From Methanotrichaceae archaeon (lineage in GTDB: Archaea > Halobacteriota > Methanosarcinia > Methanotrichales > Methanotrichaceae): 64,000 nt of DNA. How positions within the stretch are numbered: the stretch's first letter is position 1; the number at the start of each line of letters is the position of its first letter. Made by a program: the position numbers and the translations under genes. The notes beneath the pieces are model-generated. The model was not told where the DNA came from. It ran no database searches and saw only the letters and a program-made list of their open reading frames with translations. The stretch is taken from contig CAWEXU010000004.1 of assembly GCA_963813075.1 (NCBI GenBank), forward strand, positions 192,001-256,000, written 5' to 3'. Shown here in pieces: positions 1 to 9,021 of the stretch.

Positions 1-386
1 TGGAGGAGATGAATGTGCAGGGGATCAGCCGCGCTCTGGTCTATGAGGATAACAGGACTCCTGTGGGCATAGTGACCCGGTCAGGCCTGACGTTCTCTGA
101 TATCATGGGGCCGAAGGATGAGATGGAGACCAAGAACATCAAGATGACCCGGAAGGAGAGTACTGCGGGCAGAAAACAGAATCGATATGTCAGGCAGATG
201 CCTTTTGTGGCCGAAGATGTCATGACCTCGCCCGTACTATCCATGATCCCGGAGACGAAAGCGGTCGAAGCCAGCCGGACCCTGGCGGAAAAGCATATCA
301 TCGGCATGCCGGTGGTAAAGGACGATGAAGTGGTGGGCTACTTCTCAGCCGATGAGATCATAGCAGAGATTGGCAGGTGGAAGTGA
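1..386 (+). CDS. CBS-domain protein, 5'-truncated by the window edge
   Basis: Frame is open from the window start. CBS motifs AEDVMTSPV, IIGMPVV and VVGYFSADEI. Confidence 0.85.
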   Translation, partial: EEMNVQGISRALVYEDNRTPVGIVTRSGLTFSDIMGPKDEMETKNIKMTRKESTAGRKQNRYVRQMPFVAEDVMTSPVLSMIPETKAVEASRTLAEKHIIGMPVVKDDEVVGYFSADEIIAEIGRWK

Positions 387-1165
387 TGCAGGTTAAAGAT
401 ATTATGACTGAACCCGTTACTATCGATAAATCTGAACGGGTGGGCCATGCGCTGGATATAATGGAGAAGAACGATCTGCGCAGGCTCCTGGTCACCAATA
501 AAGGCAAGATAGGCGGAATAATCACTACCAGACAGATTGCCCGCGTTCTTGGTGCCCGCAAATCCCTGGGCATGCCGGCCTCCTCTCTGCATGTGGCATC
601 AGCCACTCAAGACAGCGTGATCAAGGTCCTGCCGGACATGGACATGAATGATGCCATGATCCTGTTGCAGAAGACATCGGTGCTGGTGGCAGTGGACGGG
701 GAGAAGATCCTGGGCTGGGTCAGGCCGAGGGAGATCCTGGAAAAAGCCAATGTGAGCGGACAGGCCTACGACGCCATGCGGTATCCACTCACCGCCAACC
801 CCAACGATAGGCTGGTTCATGCCCGGCGCACAATTCTGGACCGAGATGTGGGTAGGCTTCCCGTGGTCGAAGCAGGTCGCCTGGTAGGAATATTAACTGA
901 AGGAGATGTGGCCAAGGCGCTGCGGGCTTTCAGGGATCTGAATGACACCGCCAGCAAACAGCATGCCCGCATCTACAATATACTGGTCTCAGATGTGATG
1001 ACCCATGATGTCAAATCCGTCTACACTGATACCCCTCTGGAGGAGGTCAAGAGCATAATCCTCAACGATAACATAGGCGGCCTGCCTGTGCTCAACCACA
1101 GAGAAGAGGTAGTGGGCATGATCACCAGGAGGTCCATACTGGATTATCTGGTGAGGACCGGATGA
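377..1165 (+). CDS. CBS-domain protein (four CBS repeats)
   Basis: VKDIMTEPV, VGRLPVVEAGRLVGILTEGD, VSDVMTHDV, IGGLPV, VVGMITRRSIL. Confidence 0.92.
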   Translation: MEVMQVKDIMTEPVTIDKSERVGHALDIMEKNDLRRLLVTNKGKIGGIITTRQIARVLGARKSLGMPASSLHVASATQDSVIKVLPDMDMNDAMILLQKTSVLVAVDGEKILGWVRPREILEKANVSGQAYDAMRYPLTANPNDRLVHARRTILDRDVGRLPVVEAGRLVGILTEGDVAKALRAFRDLNDTASKQHARIYNILVSDVMTHDVKSVYTDTPLEEVKSIILNDNIGGLPVLNHREEVVGMITRRSILDYLVRTG

Positions 1166-2283
1166 ACCTGCAAAGGGTTGCAGAAAGACTGGGAATAACT
1201 GTAGATCGGCTGGAAAGCCTGCAAGAGACGAAGATCAGTGAATCGAAATGGCCCGAGCCCCAACTGCTGAGGTTTGACAAGGAGATCTCAGGAGTTGAGG
1301 CCGGGACGGTCATTTTTAAAAACGGAGAGGTTGTATGGGGCTATCCCAGCATCCGCCGTCCTCTGGTGCTTGAAGCGGCCATAAAACGACATTTTTCCGA
1401 GACCGTGGCGGTGGAGGAGAAGATGAACGGCCACAATGTACGCATAACGTCAATAGACGGGGAGGTGGTGGCCCTGACCCGAGGGGGATTCATCTGCCCT
1501 TATTCCACGGAGGTAGCGGCAAGGCTCCTGCCGGAGGAGGTCTTCGAGAGACAGCCCAATCTGGTCTTATGCGCAGAGATGGTGGGCCCGGAAAATCCTT
1601 ACGTATCCCAGGAGGTCTATCCCACAGACAGCATAGACCTCTATCTATTCGACGTCGCCCAGAAGAACCAGCGAGGGACCGGGGGCGTCTATAAGACCCA
1701 GGAGCTGGCAGAGAAGTATGGCCTGAAGGCAACGGCATTTTTTGGGGAGTTTTCCCTGAAGACCGCTCATGAGAGGATCAAAGAGATAGTGATCAAGCTG
1801 GGCCGGCAGGGAAGGGAGGGCGTGGTGATGAAGGACCCGAAAAATAAGGTTGCCCCTCTGAAGTACACCAGCTCCGAGTCAAACTGCAGCGACCTTGAGG
1901 TGGCTTTTCGCCACTATAACGACTATGCTCTGGACTTCTTCTTATCCAGGGCGGTCAGGGAGGGATTTCAGTCTGTGGAGTGGGAGGATTCGGAGGAGGA
2001 GCGGAAGGACCGGGCCCGGCGGATTGGGGAGAGCATCCTCTTCCCACTGGCAGAGACCATCAAGAAAAAGCAGCAGAAGGAGAGCATAGTGCAGAGAGTT
2101 CAGATCCATGTCAAGAGCCTGGCCACCGCCAGAGGCTTTGAGAACCACCTGCGCAGATGCGGAATTCGGGCGATATTTGACCAGCCGCTGGCCGAGGATG
2201 ACGGCTATACCATAGGAATCACCAAGCTTATCATGAGCACAAACGATAAGACTGAAGCCCTCCTCGATGGTGAGATGTGGTGA
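1162..2283 (+). CDS. rnl: ATP-dependent RNA ligase, archaeal Rnl3 (Pab1020/MJ0414) family
   Basis: Motif I EEKMNGHNVR, then TRGGFICPYST, AEMVGPENPY, REGVVMKDP, LKYT. ATGA overlap with the upstream gene. Confidence 0.92.
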   Translation: MNLQRVAERLGITVDRLESLQETKISESKWPEPQLLRFDKEISGVEAGTVIFKNGEVVWGYPSIRRPLVLEAAIKRHFSETVAVEEKMNGHNVRITSIDGEVVALTRGGFICPYSTEVAARLLPEEVFERQPNLVLCAEMVGPENPYVSQEVYPTDSIDLYLFDVAQKNQRGTGGVYKTQELAEKYGLKATAFFGEFSLKTAHERIKEIVIKLGRQGREGVVMKDPKNKVAPLKYTSSESNCSDLEVAFRHYNDYALDFFLSRAVREGFQSVEWEDSEEERKDRARRIGESILFPLAETIKKKQQKESIVQRVQIHVKSLATARGFENHLRRCGIRAIFDQPLAEDDGYTIGITKLIMSTNDKTEALLDGEMW

Positions 2284-3530
2284 AGGCACAGCTTATGACA
2301 GAGATTACCGACATTGAGATGGAAGGCCATCTGATCGACTCCCAGATGCTGACCCGCGTCCTGGATAAGATCATGGACATGGGCGGGGAGTTTGAGATCA
2401 AAACCTTCCGGATAGGCGAGAAGAAGAACGATACCAGCTATGTTCAGATCACAGTCACTGGCGAGGATGCCCAACACCTGGACAGAATATTGCTGGAGCT
2501 TAATGCCCTGGGAGCGCGCCTGGTGGAGATGGAGGACGCCAAATCGGAGATAGCTCCCGGCGATATGGTCGTCCCTCGAGGATTCTATTCCACCACCAAC
2601 CACCCCACCTATGTGCGCTATCAGGGGACATGGGTGGAGGTGGAGACAAACCACATGGACTGCCTCATCGTCCTGCATGACGGGAGGGCAATATGCACAC
2701 CCATCGGCCATATCAAGAAGGGCGACCGGGTGGTGATAGGAACCGCCGGGGTCAAGGTGGTCCCGCCCGAGCGCCCCAGGGAGAAGAGCTTCTTCGGATT
2801 CATGTCCAATGAGGTCTCTTCCGAGAGGCCCAGCGGAGAGCTCGTCCGCCAGCTGGCCTGTGAGATCATCAGGACCAAGAACGCAGGAGGTAAGATTGCC
2901 GTAGTATGCGGTCCGGCGCTGGTCCATACCGGTGCTGCTCCCTCCCTGGCCAAGCTCATCCGGGAGGGGTATGTGGATGTCCTCTTAGCGGGTAATGCGG
3001 TAGCGGTCCATGATATCGAGCGCCAGCTCTTCGGCACCAGCCTGGGGATGAACTGCTCGGGAAATGCCATATCCGGAGGACACAGAAACCACCTTTATGC
3101 CATAAGCGAGATCATGGCCAGCGGCTCCATCAAGAAGGCGGTAGAGGATGGCAAGCTAAAAGAAGGGATAATGTACGAGGCGATCACCAGGGGTATAGAC
3201 TTCATCCTGGCGGGCTCCATTCGCGATGACGGGCCCCTTCCCGAGGTCATCACCGATACCGTCAAGGCCAAGGACGCCATGGACAGGGTCCTGCGAGGGG
3301 TGGACATGACCATAATGCTGGGCACAATGCTCCACTCCATTGCAGTAGGCAATCTATTGCCCTCATATGTCAAGACCATCTGCGTGGACATCAACCCCTC
3401 CACTGTGACCAAGCTGATGGACCGGGGTTCGGCCCAGGCCATAGGACTGGTGACGGATATAGGGATATTCCTGCCCCAGCTGGCAGAGGAGATTCAAAAG
3501 CAGAAGAAGATGGCAGTAACTGCGGTCTGA
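2277..3530 (+). CDS. TIGR00300 family protein (archaeal ornithine cyclodeaminase-like, LOR/SDH-related)
   Basis: EGHLIDS, GFYSTTNHPT, FGFMSNEVSSER, LAGSIRDDGPLPEV, TKLMDRGSAQA. Confidence 0.88.
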   Translation: MVKAQLMTEITDIEMEGHLIDSQMLTRVLDKIMDMGGEFEIKTFRIGEKKNDTSYVQITVTGEDAQHLDRILLELNALGARLVEMEDAKSEIAPGDMVVPRGFYSTTNHPTYVRYQGTWVEVETNHMDCLIVLHDGRAICTPIGHIKKGDRVVIGTAGVKVVPPERPREKSFFGFMSNEVSSERPSGELVRQLACEIIRTKNAGGKIAVVCGPALVHTGAAPSLAKLIREGYVDVLLAGNAVAVHDIERQLFGTSLGMNCSGNAISGGHRNHLYAISEIMASGSIKKAVEDGKLKEGIMYEAITRGIDFILAGSIRDDGPLPEVITDTVKAKDAMDRVLRGVDMTIMLGTMLHSIAVGNLLPSYVKTICVDINPSTVTKLMDRGSAQAIGLVTDIGIFLPQLAEEIQKQKKMAVTAV

Positions 3531-3583
3531 CTGGATCGCAAATCTTTTATTCGCATATGCCCCTGTTAACAAAGTTGCGGGGT

Positions 3584-3672
3584 GCCGCCGTGGCTTAGCC
3601 CGGTTAAAGCGGCTGATTCGTAAGATAGTCCGAAAGATCAGCAGTTCATGGGTTCGAATCCCATCGGCGGCT
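3584..3672 (+). tRNA. trnT: tRNA-Thr(CGT) with a 14-nt intron at 37/38 (intron 3623-3636)
   Basis: Acceptor GCCGCCG/CGGCGGC+T, anticodon stem GCTGA/TCAGC with anticodon CGT at 3619-3621, T-arm ATGGG-TTCGAAT-CCCAT. Bulge-helix-bulge TTCG/CGAA. No encoded CCA. Confidence 0.93.
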
Positions 3673-3751
3673 TTATAAGCCCTTTATAAATCTTAAATAC
3701 TCACGTATATATACCCCCAGTATGTAAGGTATAAACCGGAGATACTTGAGT

Positions 3752-4303
3752 ATGGAGTCCACAATAAATATAGAGAACGTGGTGGCATCCACCAAGCTGG
3801 CAGAGGAGTTCGATCTTCATAAGATCGAGGCCGAGCTGGAGGGCGCAGAATACAATAAGGAGAAGTTCCCAGGCCTGGTATACCGGGTAAAAGCCCCCAG
3901 AGCAGCTTTTCTTATATTCACCTCGGGCAAGGTGGTATGCACTGGAGCCAAGAACGTTGAGGACGTTCGCACGGTGATAACCAATATGGCCCAGACCCTC
4001 AAGTCCATCGGTTTCGAGAATATCGATCTGGAGCCAGAGATCCATGTTCAGAATATTGTGGCCTCTGCAGATTTAAAGACAGACCTGAACCTGAACGCCA
4101 TCGCCCTCGGACTGGGCCTGGAGAACATCGAGTACGAGCCCGAGCAGTTTCCCGGTCTGGTATACAGGATCAAGGTCCCAAAAGTGGTAGTGCTCATATT
4201 CAGCTCCGGCAAATTGGTGGTCACCGGAGGCAAGTCGCCTGAGGAGTGCGAAGAGGGAGTGAAGATCGTAAGAGAGCAGCTGGAGAATATGGGGCTATTA
4301 TGA
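3752..4303 (+). CDS. tbp: TATA-box binding protein
   Basis: Two TBP repeats: [27 protein letters not shown] and [28 protein letters not shown]. Confidence 0.97.
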   Translation: MESTINIENVVASTKLAEEFDLHKIEAELEGAEYNKEKFPGLVYRVKAPRAAFLIFTSGKVVCTGAKNVEDVRTVITNMAQTLKSIGFENIDLEPEIHVQNIVASADLKTDLNLNAIALGLGLENIEYEPEQFPGLVYRIKVPKVVVLIFSSGKLVVTGGKSPEECEEGVKIVREQLENMGLL

Positions 4304-4307
4304 TTAG

Positions 4308-4315
4308 TTATATAT
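4308..4315 (+). promoter_or_regulatory. Putative TATA box for polB (likely leaderless transcript)
   Basis: TTATATAT ends about 24 nt before the polB ATG at 4339. Confidence 0.5.
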
Positions 4316-4338
4316 GGGAAAGTTTCCAGTTATAAGCA

Positions 4339-7006
4339 ATGATCTTCCAGATCCTGGACGCCAACTATACCTATGATTCAGAGCATAAGCCCCTGGTCCA
4401 GCTGTTCGGCACCACTCCTGAGGGGCAGAGCGTAACAGTTAAGGCGGCAGGATTCCGGCCGTACTTTTATGCCAGAGCAGCGGAAGGCTGCCTGGATAAG
4501 GCGGCAGACGACCTCCGGGCCTTGGGTCTGGAGGTGGAGCTGATAGAGCGCTTCGAGCCCATAGGCTACCAGAAGGCTCCCAAAAAGATGCTCCGCATCA
4601 CCGCCGTTGACCCAAAAGAGGTCAGAAGCTTGAGGGAGAGGGTGCGCTCTCTTCCCGGCATCCGGGCGGTCTACGAGACGGACATCCTCTTCAAGAACAG
4701 ATTTCTGATCGACAAGTCCCTGGGGGGAATGGGATGGGTCGAGGCGCCAGTACCGGAATGGACCAAAAGACAGGATAACGGATCAACGCAATGGGGAAGA
4801 AACTTGCCCCCAGTGGACGTCGGCTCCATCCGTCCGGTGGAGCGGGAGGGAAATGCACCCCTGCGCTTCATGAGCTTTGATATCGAATGCCTGCCCGACC
4901 ACGGAGCGATGCCCAAAGCAGATAAATCACCAGTGATTTTGATCAGCATGGCCTTCGAGCCGGAGTATCAGGGAAACCGAGACCTGGTGCTGGTAGGAAA
5001 GGAGATCGACTGCCCCCGTCCGGACACCAGAGCCTGCCGGGATGAGTACGACCTTCTCAATCAGTTTGCCGCCATAATCAGAGACTACAATCCCGATATC
5101 CTCGCCGGCTACAACTCCAATGACTTCGATTTTCCTTATCTGCAGGAGAGGGCAAAACAGCTGCAGCTCGATTTCAGGGTGGGAAGGGATGGCAGCTCCT
5201 GGTACATTAAAAAGATAGTGAACCGAAGCGATGTCTCCATCACCGGCAGGGTGATAGTCGACCTGTTGCCCATCATCCGCTCCTCATTCAGCCTGAAGCA
5301 GTATACCCTGAGAAATGTTGCTGCGGAGCTTCTTTCCATGGAGAAGTACGATGTGAACCCCCAGGAGATAGAGGCTCTCTGGGCGGAAGATGGCAGATGG
5401 CCTGCGCCGGTTCATCAGCTACTCCCGCAGGGATGCGATCTTGGCTATCCGCCTGCTCTTGGACCTGCGGCTGATGGACAAGTTCATCGCCTTATCCCAG
5501 GCCAGCGGCTCGCTCTTGCAGGACATAGTCAACGGCGGCCAGTCAGGAATGGTGGAGAACCTGCTCTTGCGCCGCTTCCGGGAGATATCGCGGGTGGTTC
5601 CTCCCAAGCCGGATTCAGATCTCTCTGAAGAGCGCTATGTAGAAAACGAAGAGCTGAAGGGAGGGGCAGTGCTGGTGCCGGAGAAGGGTCTGGTGGAGGA
5701 TGTGGTCATACTGGACTACAAGTCGCTCTATCCCACCATCATGATGGCCCATAACCTCTGCTATTCGACAGTGGTGCTGGCTGACTCCCCCGGCCAAAAT
5801 GATATCATAACCGCGCCCTCCGGAGGGAGGTTCGTCTCCCCGGATGTATCGCCGGGGATTATGCCCGGAGTCCTGAGGGAATTGCTCGATCAGAGGACAG
5901 AGACCAAGAGGTTGATGAAGAAAGCGGGCGAAGACGAGAGGCGATTTTTGGATGCCAAGCAGTATGCATACAAGATCCTGCTGAACAGCTTCTATGGCTA
6001 TTCCGGTTACGCCCGGGCGAGGCTCTACAGTCTGGCTTTAGCCAATGCAGTCACCTCCTTTGGCCGGGAGAACATCCTGAGGACGAAGAAGATCATAGAC
6101 GATATCGGCACGATCTATGTGATCGACGGCCAGGCGGTGTTCAAGGAAAAGCTCGAGCTGGGAGCCCCCTCAGGAAAAGGATTCGACCTCAATGTGGTCT
6201 ATGGAGATACAGACAGCGTCTTCGTCCGCCTGCAGCCTCACAATTTGCCGGTAACCCTCGATGATGCGGGACTGATCGGAAAGAAGATCGCCGAGACGGT
6301 CACATCCAGCCTTCCCCAGCCGATGGAGCTGGTATTCGAGGCCTTCGCCAGGAGAGGCATATTCCTGGCCAAGAAGCGTTACGCCCTCTGGATCTTCGAG
6401 CAGATGGGCGAGGAATGGAAAGATAAGATCAAGGTCCGGGGGATGGAGACCGTGCGCAGAGACTGGTGCGGCCTGACCTCCGGGACCCTTAAGACCTGCC
6501 TGGAGCTGGTGCTCAAAGAGGGGAAGGTGAATGAGGCGGTAGAGCATGTCCGATCGGTGGTGGTCCGGCTGCAGAACCTGGACCTATCTTTGGATCCGGC
6601 GATACTGGAGGAGCTAACCCTAACCCGGAGGTACACCAAAAGCACGGGCTCGTACAAGAACAAGCAGCCGCACATCCAGCTGGTGGAGAAGATGAGAGAG
6701 AGGGGGGGACAGGTGCCGAATGTCGGAGACAGGGTGCCCTTTGTGATCACCCGGGGGAAGGGCAGAAAGAACAAGACCCTGTTTGTCGACCGGGCTGAAG
6801 ACCCGGCATTTGTGCTGGAGAACAATATCCCTCTGGATACGGAGTACTATGTGAATAAGCAGATCCTGCCGCCGGTGTTGCGCATATTCGAGACATTCGG
6901 GGTGAGCCGGGACCGGTTCTGCTCCAGCCGGGCTCAGAGCAGCCTGTTCAGCTTTGCCGATGACTGCAACAAGCCACAGAAGCAGAAGTCGCTCTTAGAT
7001 TTTTAG
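4339..7006 (+). CDS. polB: Family B DNA polymerase; +1 frame break near 5395
   Basis: Exonuclease motifs SFDIEC and GYNSNDFDFPYL in ORF 4339-5628. Polymerase motifs LDYKSLYPTI, KILLNSFYGY, YGDTDS and KKRY in ORF 5390-7006. Confidence 0.93.
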
Positions 7007-7041
7007 GAGATCCGGCTCATAAGATCTTTCATCTCCCTCAT

Positions 7042-7689
7042 TCAGCCTCCAGCCATTGCTTGATACAGATTCCAGGCCCCCACCGCCACGAAGTTCACCG
7101 CCACTGCCCCCAGGATAAGGCCCATCACTCGGGTTAAGACCATTATCCCGGTGACGCCCAGCACCCGATCGAAGTAGTCAGAGAACTTGAGGATGAACAG
7201 AGTTGCGGTGTAGGTCAGGGTTATTCCCAGGATAACGACCGCCTTCTCTGCGATGCTTCCTGCCGATCCCATCAGGACCACCACCGTGGTGATGGCACCC
7301 GGTCCGGTGAGAAGGGGGGTGGCCAGGGGAAAGACGGAGATATCATCCCTGCTGTTGGCATCCTTCAGTTCCACTTCTGTGACCTTCTTCTGCTGGTGGA
7401 CCCCTCTGAGCATATCCATCGCCACCAGGAAAAGGAGCACTCCTCCAGCCACGGATAGGCTATCAGTGGTGATGCCGAAGAGGCGGAGCACGAGGTCGCC
7501 GGCCAGGGCGAAGAGGATGGCAATGATAAAGGCGACCAGTGTGGCCCTCTTATAGATATGGCTCTTTTCCTGGGGATTCAGGCCAAGGGTTAAGGTGACA
7601 TAGACCATGGTGGCCTCGACGGGGTTGACTATCACGAAGATGGAGCTGAATACGTACACGAAGTAGAGGAGCAAATCGCCTGCGTCCAT
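7042..7689 (-). CDS. MarC family membrane protein
   Basis: IFVIVNP, AGGVLLF, VFPLATPLLTGPGAITTV, TRVMGLILGAVAV. Confidence 0.92.
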   Translation of the reverse strand: MDAGDLLLYFVYVFSSIFVIVNPVEATMVYVTLTLGLNPQEKSHIYKRATLVAFIIAILFALAGDLVLRLFGITTDSLSVAGGVLLFLVAMDMLRGVHQQKKVTEVELKDANSRDDISVFPLATPLLTGPGAITTVVVLMGSAGSIAEKAVVILGITLTYTATLFILKFSDYFDRVLGVTGIMVLTRVMGLILGAVAVNFVAVGAWNLYQAMAGG

Positions 7690-7711
7690 TGAATTCTCCT
7701 TTTAGATCAAC

Positions 7712-8782
7712 TCAAACAATCCAGCTCTCCCAGAGGTGGAGGACGGTTATGGAGAGGATGGCCAGAAGGCCGATGATGACCAGGGCAGTGAATGCTAGAT
7801 GCTGCTTTGACCATTTGTCCCCTGGCCGGTCCCGGGGAGATATCCCCTGCACCAGAAAGGTGCCAACTCCAGCCAGGTTGATGCTGACGATGTTCACCAG
7901 GAACAGGAGGAAGGCACCATAAGCCAGAGTGGTGTATCCCGATCCCAGGAGCAGGCCGGAGGTCACCAGCGGGGGAAGTAGGGCAACAGCCACTGCTACA
8001 CCTATAAGCGTCGCCGGAGCGCCCGAGGTGAAGGCCAGAGTTCCGGCACAACCGGAGACCAGGGCAAGGAGGACCTCGTCCAGGCCCACCACCGTTCTGG
8101 ACTCGATCTCAGGGATAGTGGGATCGACGGCTAAAATGTAGCCCATTCCTATGGAAAGGGCGGCAGCAATGGCCAGGCCAATCACATTCGTCTTCAATGC
8201 ATTCCTGGCCAGCTTGATATCGCCCAGCGCCGCGGCCAAAGATAGGGCGACATTGGGACCCAGCAGGGGGGCTATGACCATGGCCCCGATTATTATTGCC
8301 ACGCTGTTATTCCATAAACCAATGGCCGCAACTATGGCAGAGAGGATCACCAGGACCACATAGACCCTTGTCAGCTTTGCGGCAGTGGAGATATCCTCAT
8401 AAAGCTCTTCCCTGCTCAGCCGGAAGCTCTTGTTCTCCCTGTCCTCGGAGATGTCGACATCGCCGGAGGATTTCGCTTCCATCTCTTCCACCGGGAGGGA
8501 GGCCTCGACAGGGATTATATTTATCCTGAAACCCTCCTCATCCGAGAACTTCTCCTGCAGGGACTTGAGCAGACTCTCGCTCTCCTCGGCAAAGACGAGG
8601 ATCTTCACCAGGATCTGTTCCTCTGAGAGGCGGCTATACATCACCCCCCTCACCGGATGCTTCCAGACCCCGGTGATATGCTGCATTCTAACGTCTAAAG
8701 CTTCCTTTCTCTCGCTGAGCAGCTCTTCGATCTGCTCTTTTTTTCCTTCGGGAAGGGTTATCTCAATCGAACGCAGGGCCAT
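7712..8782 (-). CDS. TIGR00341/DUF389 family membrane protein
   Basis: RLSREELY, NSVAIIIGAMVIAPLLGP, GVAVAVALLPPL. Confidence 0.88.
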   Translation of the reverse strand: MALRSIEITLPEGKKEQIEELLSERKEALDVRMQHITGVWKHPVRGVMYSRLSEEQILVKILVFAEESESLLKSLQEKFSDEEGFRINIIPVEASLPVEEMEAKSSGDVDISEDRENKSFRLSREELYEDISTAAKLTRVYVVLVILSAIVAAIGLWNNSVAIIIGAMVIAPLLGPNVALSLAAALGDIKLARNALKTNVIGLAIAAALSIGMGYILAVDPTIPEIESRTVVGLDEVLLALVSGCAGTLAFTSGAPATLIGVAVAVALLPPLVTSGLLLGSGYTTLAYGAFLLFLVNIVSINLAGVGTFLVQGISPRDRPGDKWSKQHLAFTALVIIGLLAILSITVLHLWESWIV

Positions 8783-9021
8783 TATTCACTCCAGCCATTG
8801 TATAGATTTATGAGCATGCATCCAATGTGGTTGGATCAAAGACGGCTTACGGGCAGCTGATCGCCGCCGAACCCATGAACCTTTTGCAGCCGCCTCCTTG
8901 TCCAACGGTTGAATGAAGCAGCTTCCTTATAAAATCTGCCTTGAGAGGTCTGGGCCCGGATGTGGACGAGAGGAATGGCGTTTTATACCTAAAAAATCAG
9001 TCCATCGGTGGTGTGAAGGCC

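Noticed and set aside
3640..3680. tRNA 3' end as an integration site
   Set aside because: I noticed no duplicated tRNA end or integrase, and the flanking genes are core
4339..7006. Intein in polB
   Set aside because: The combined length is normal for PolB and there are no intein terminal or LAGLIDADG motifs
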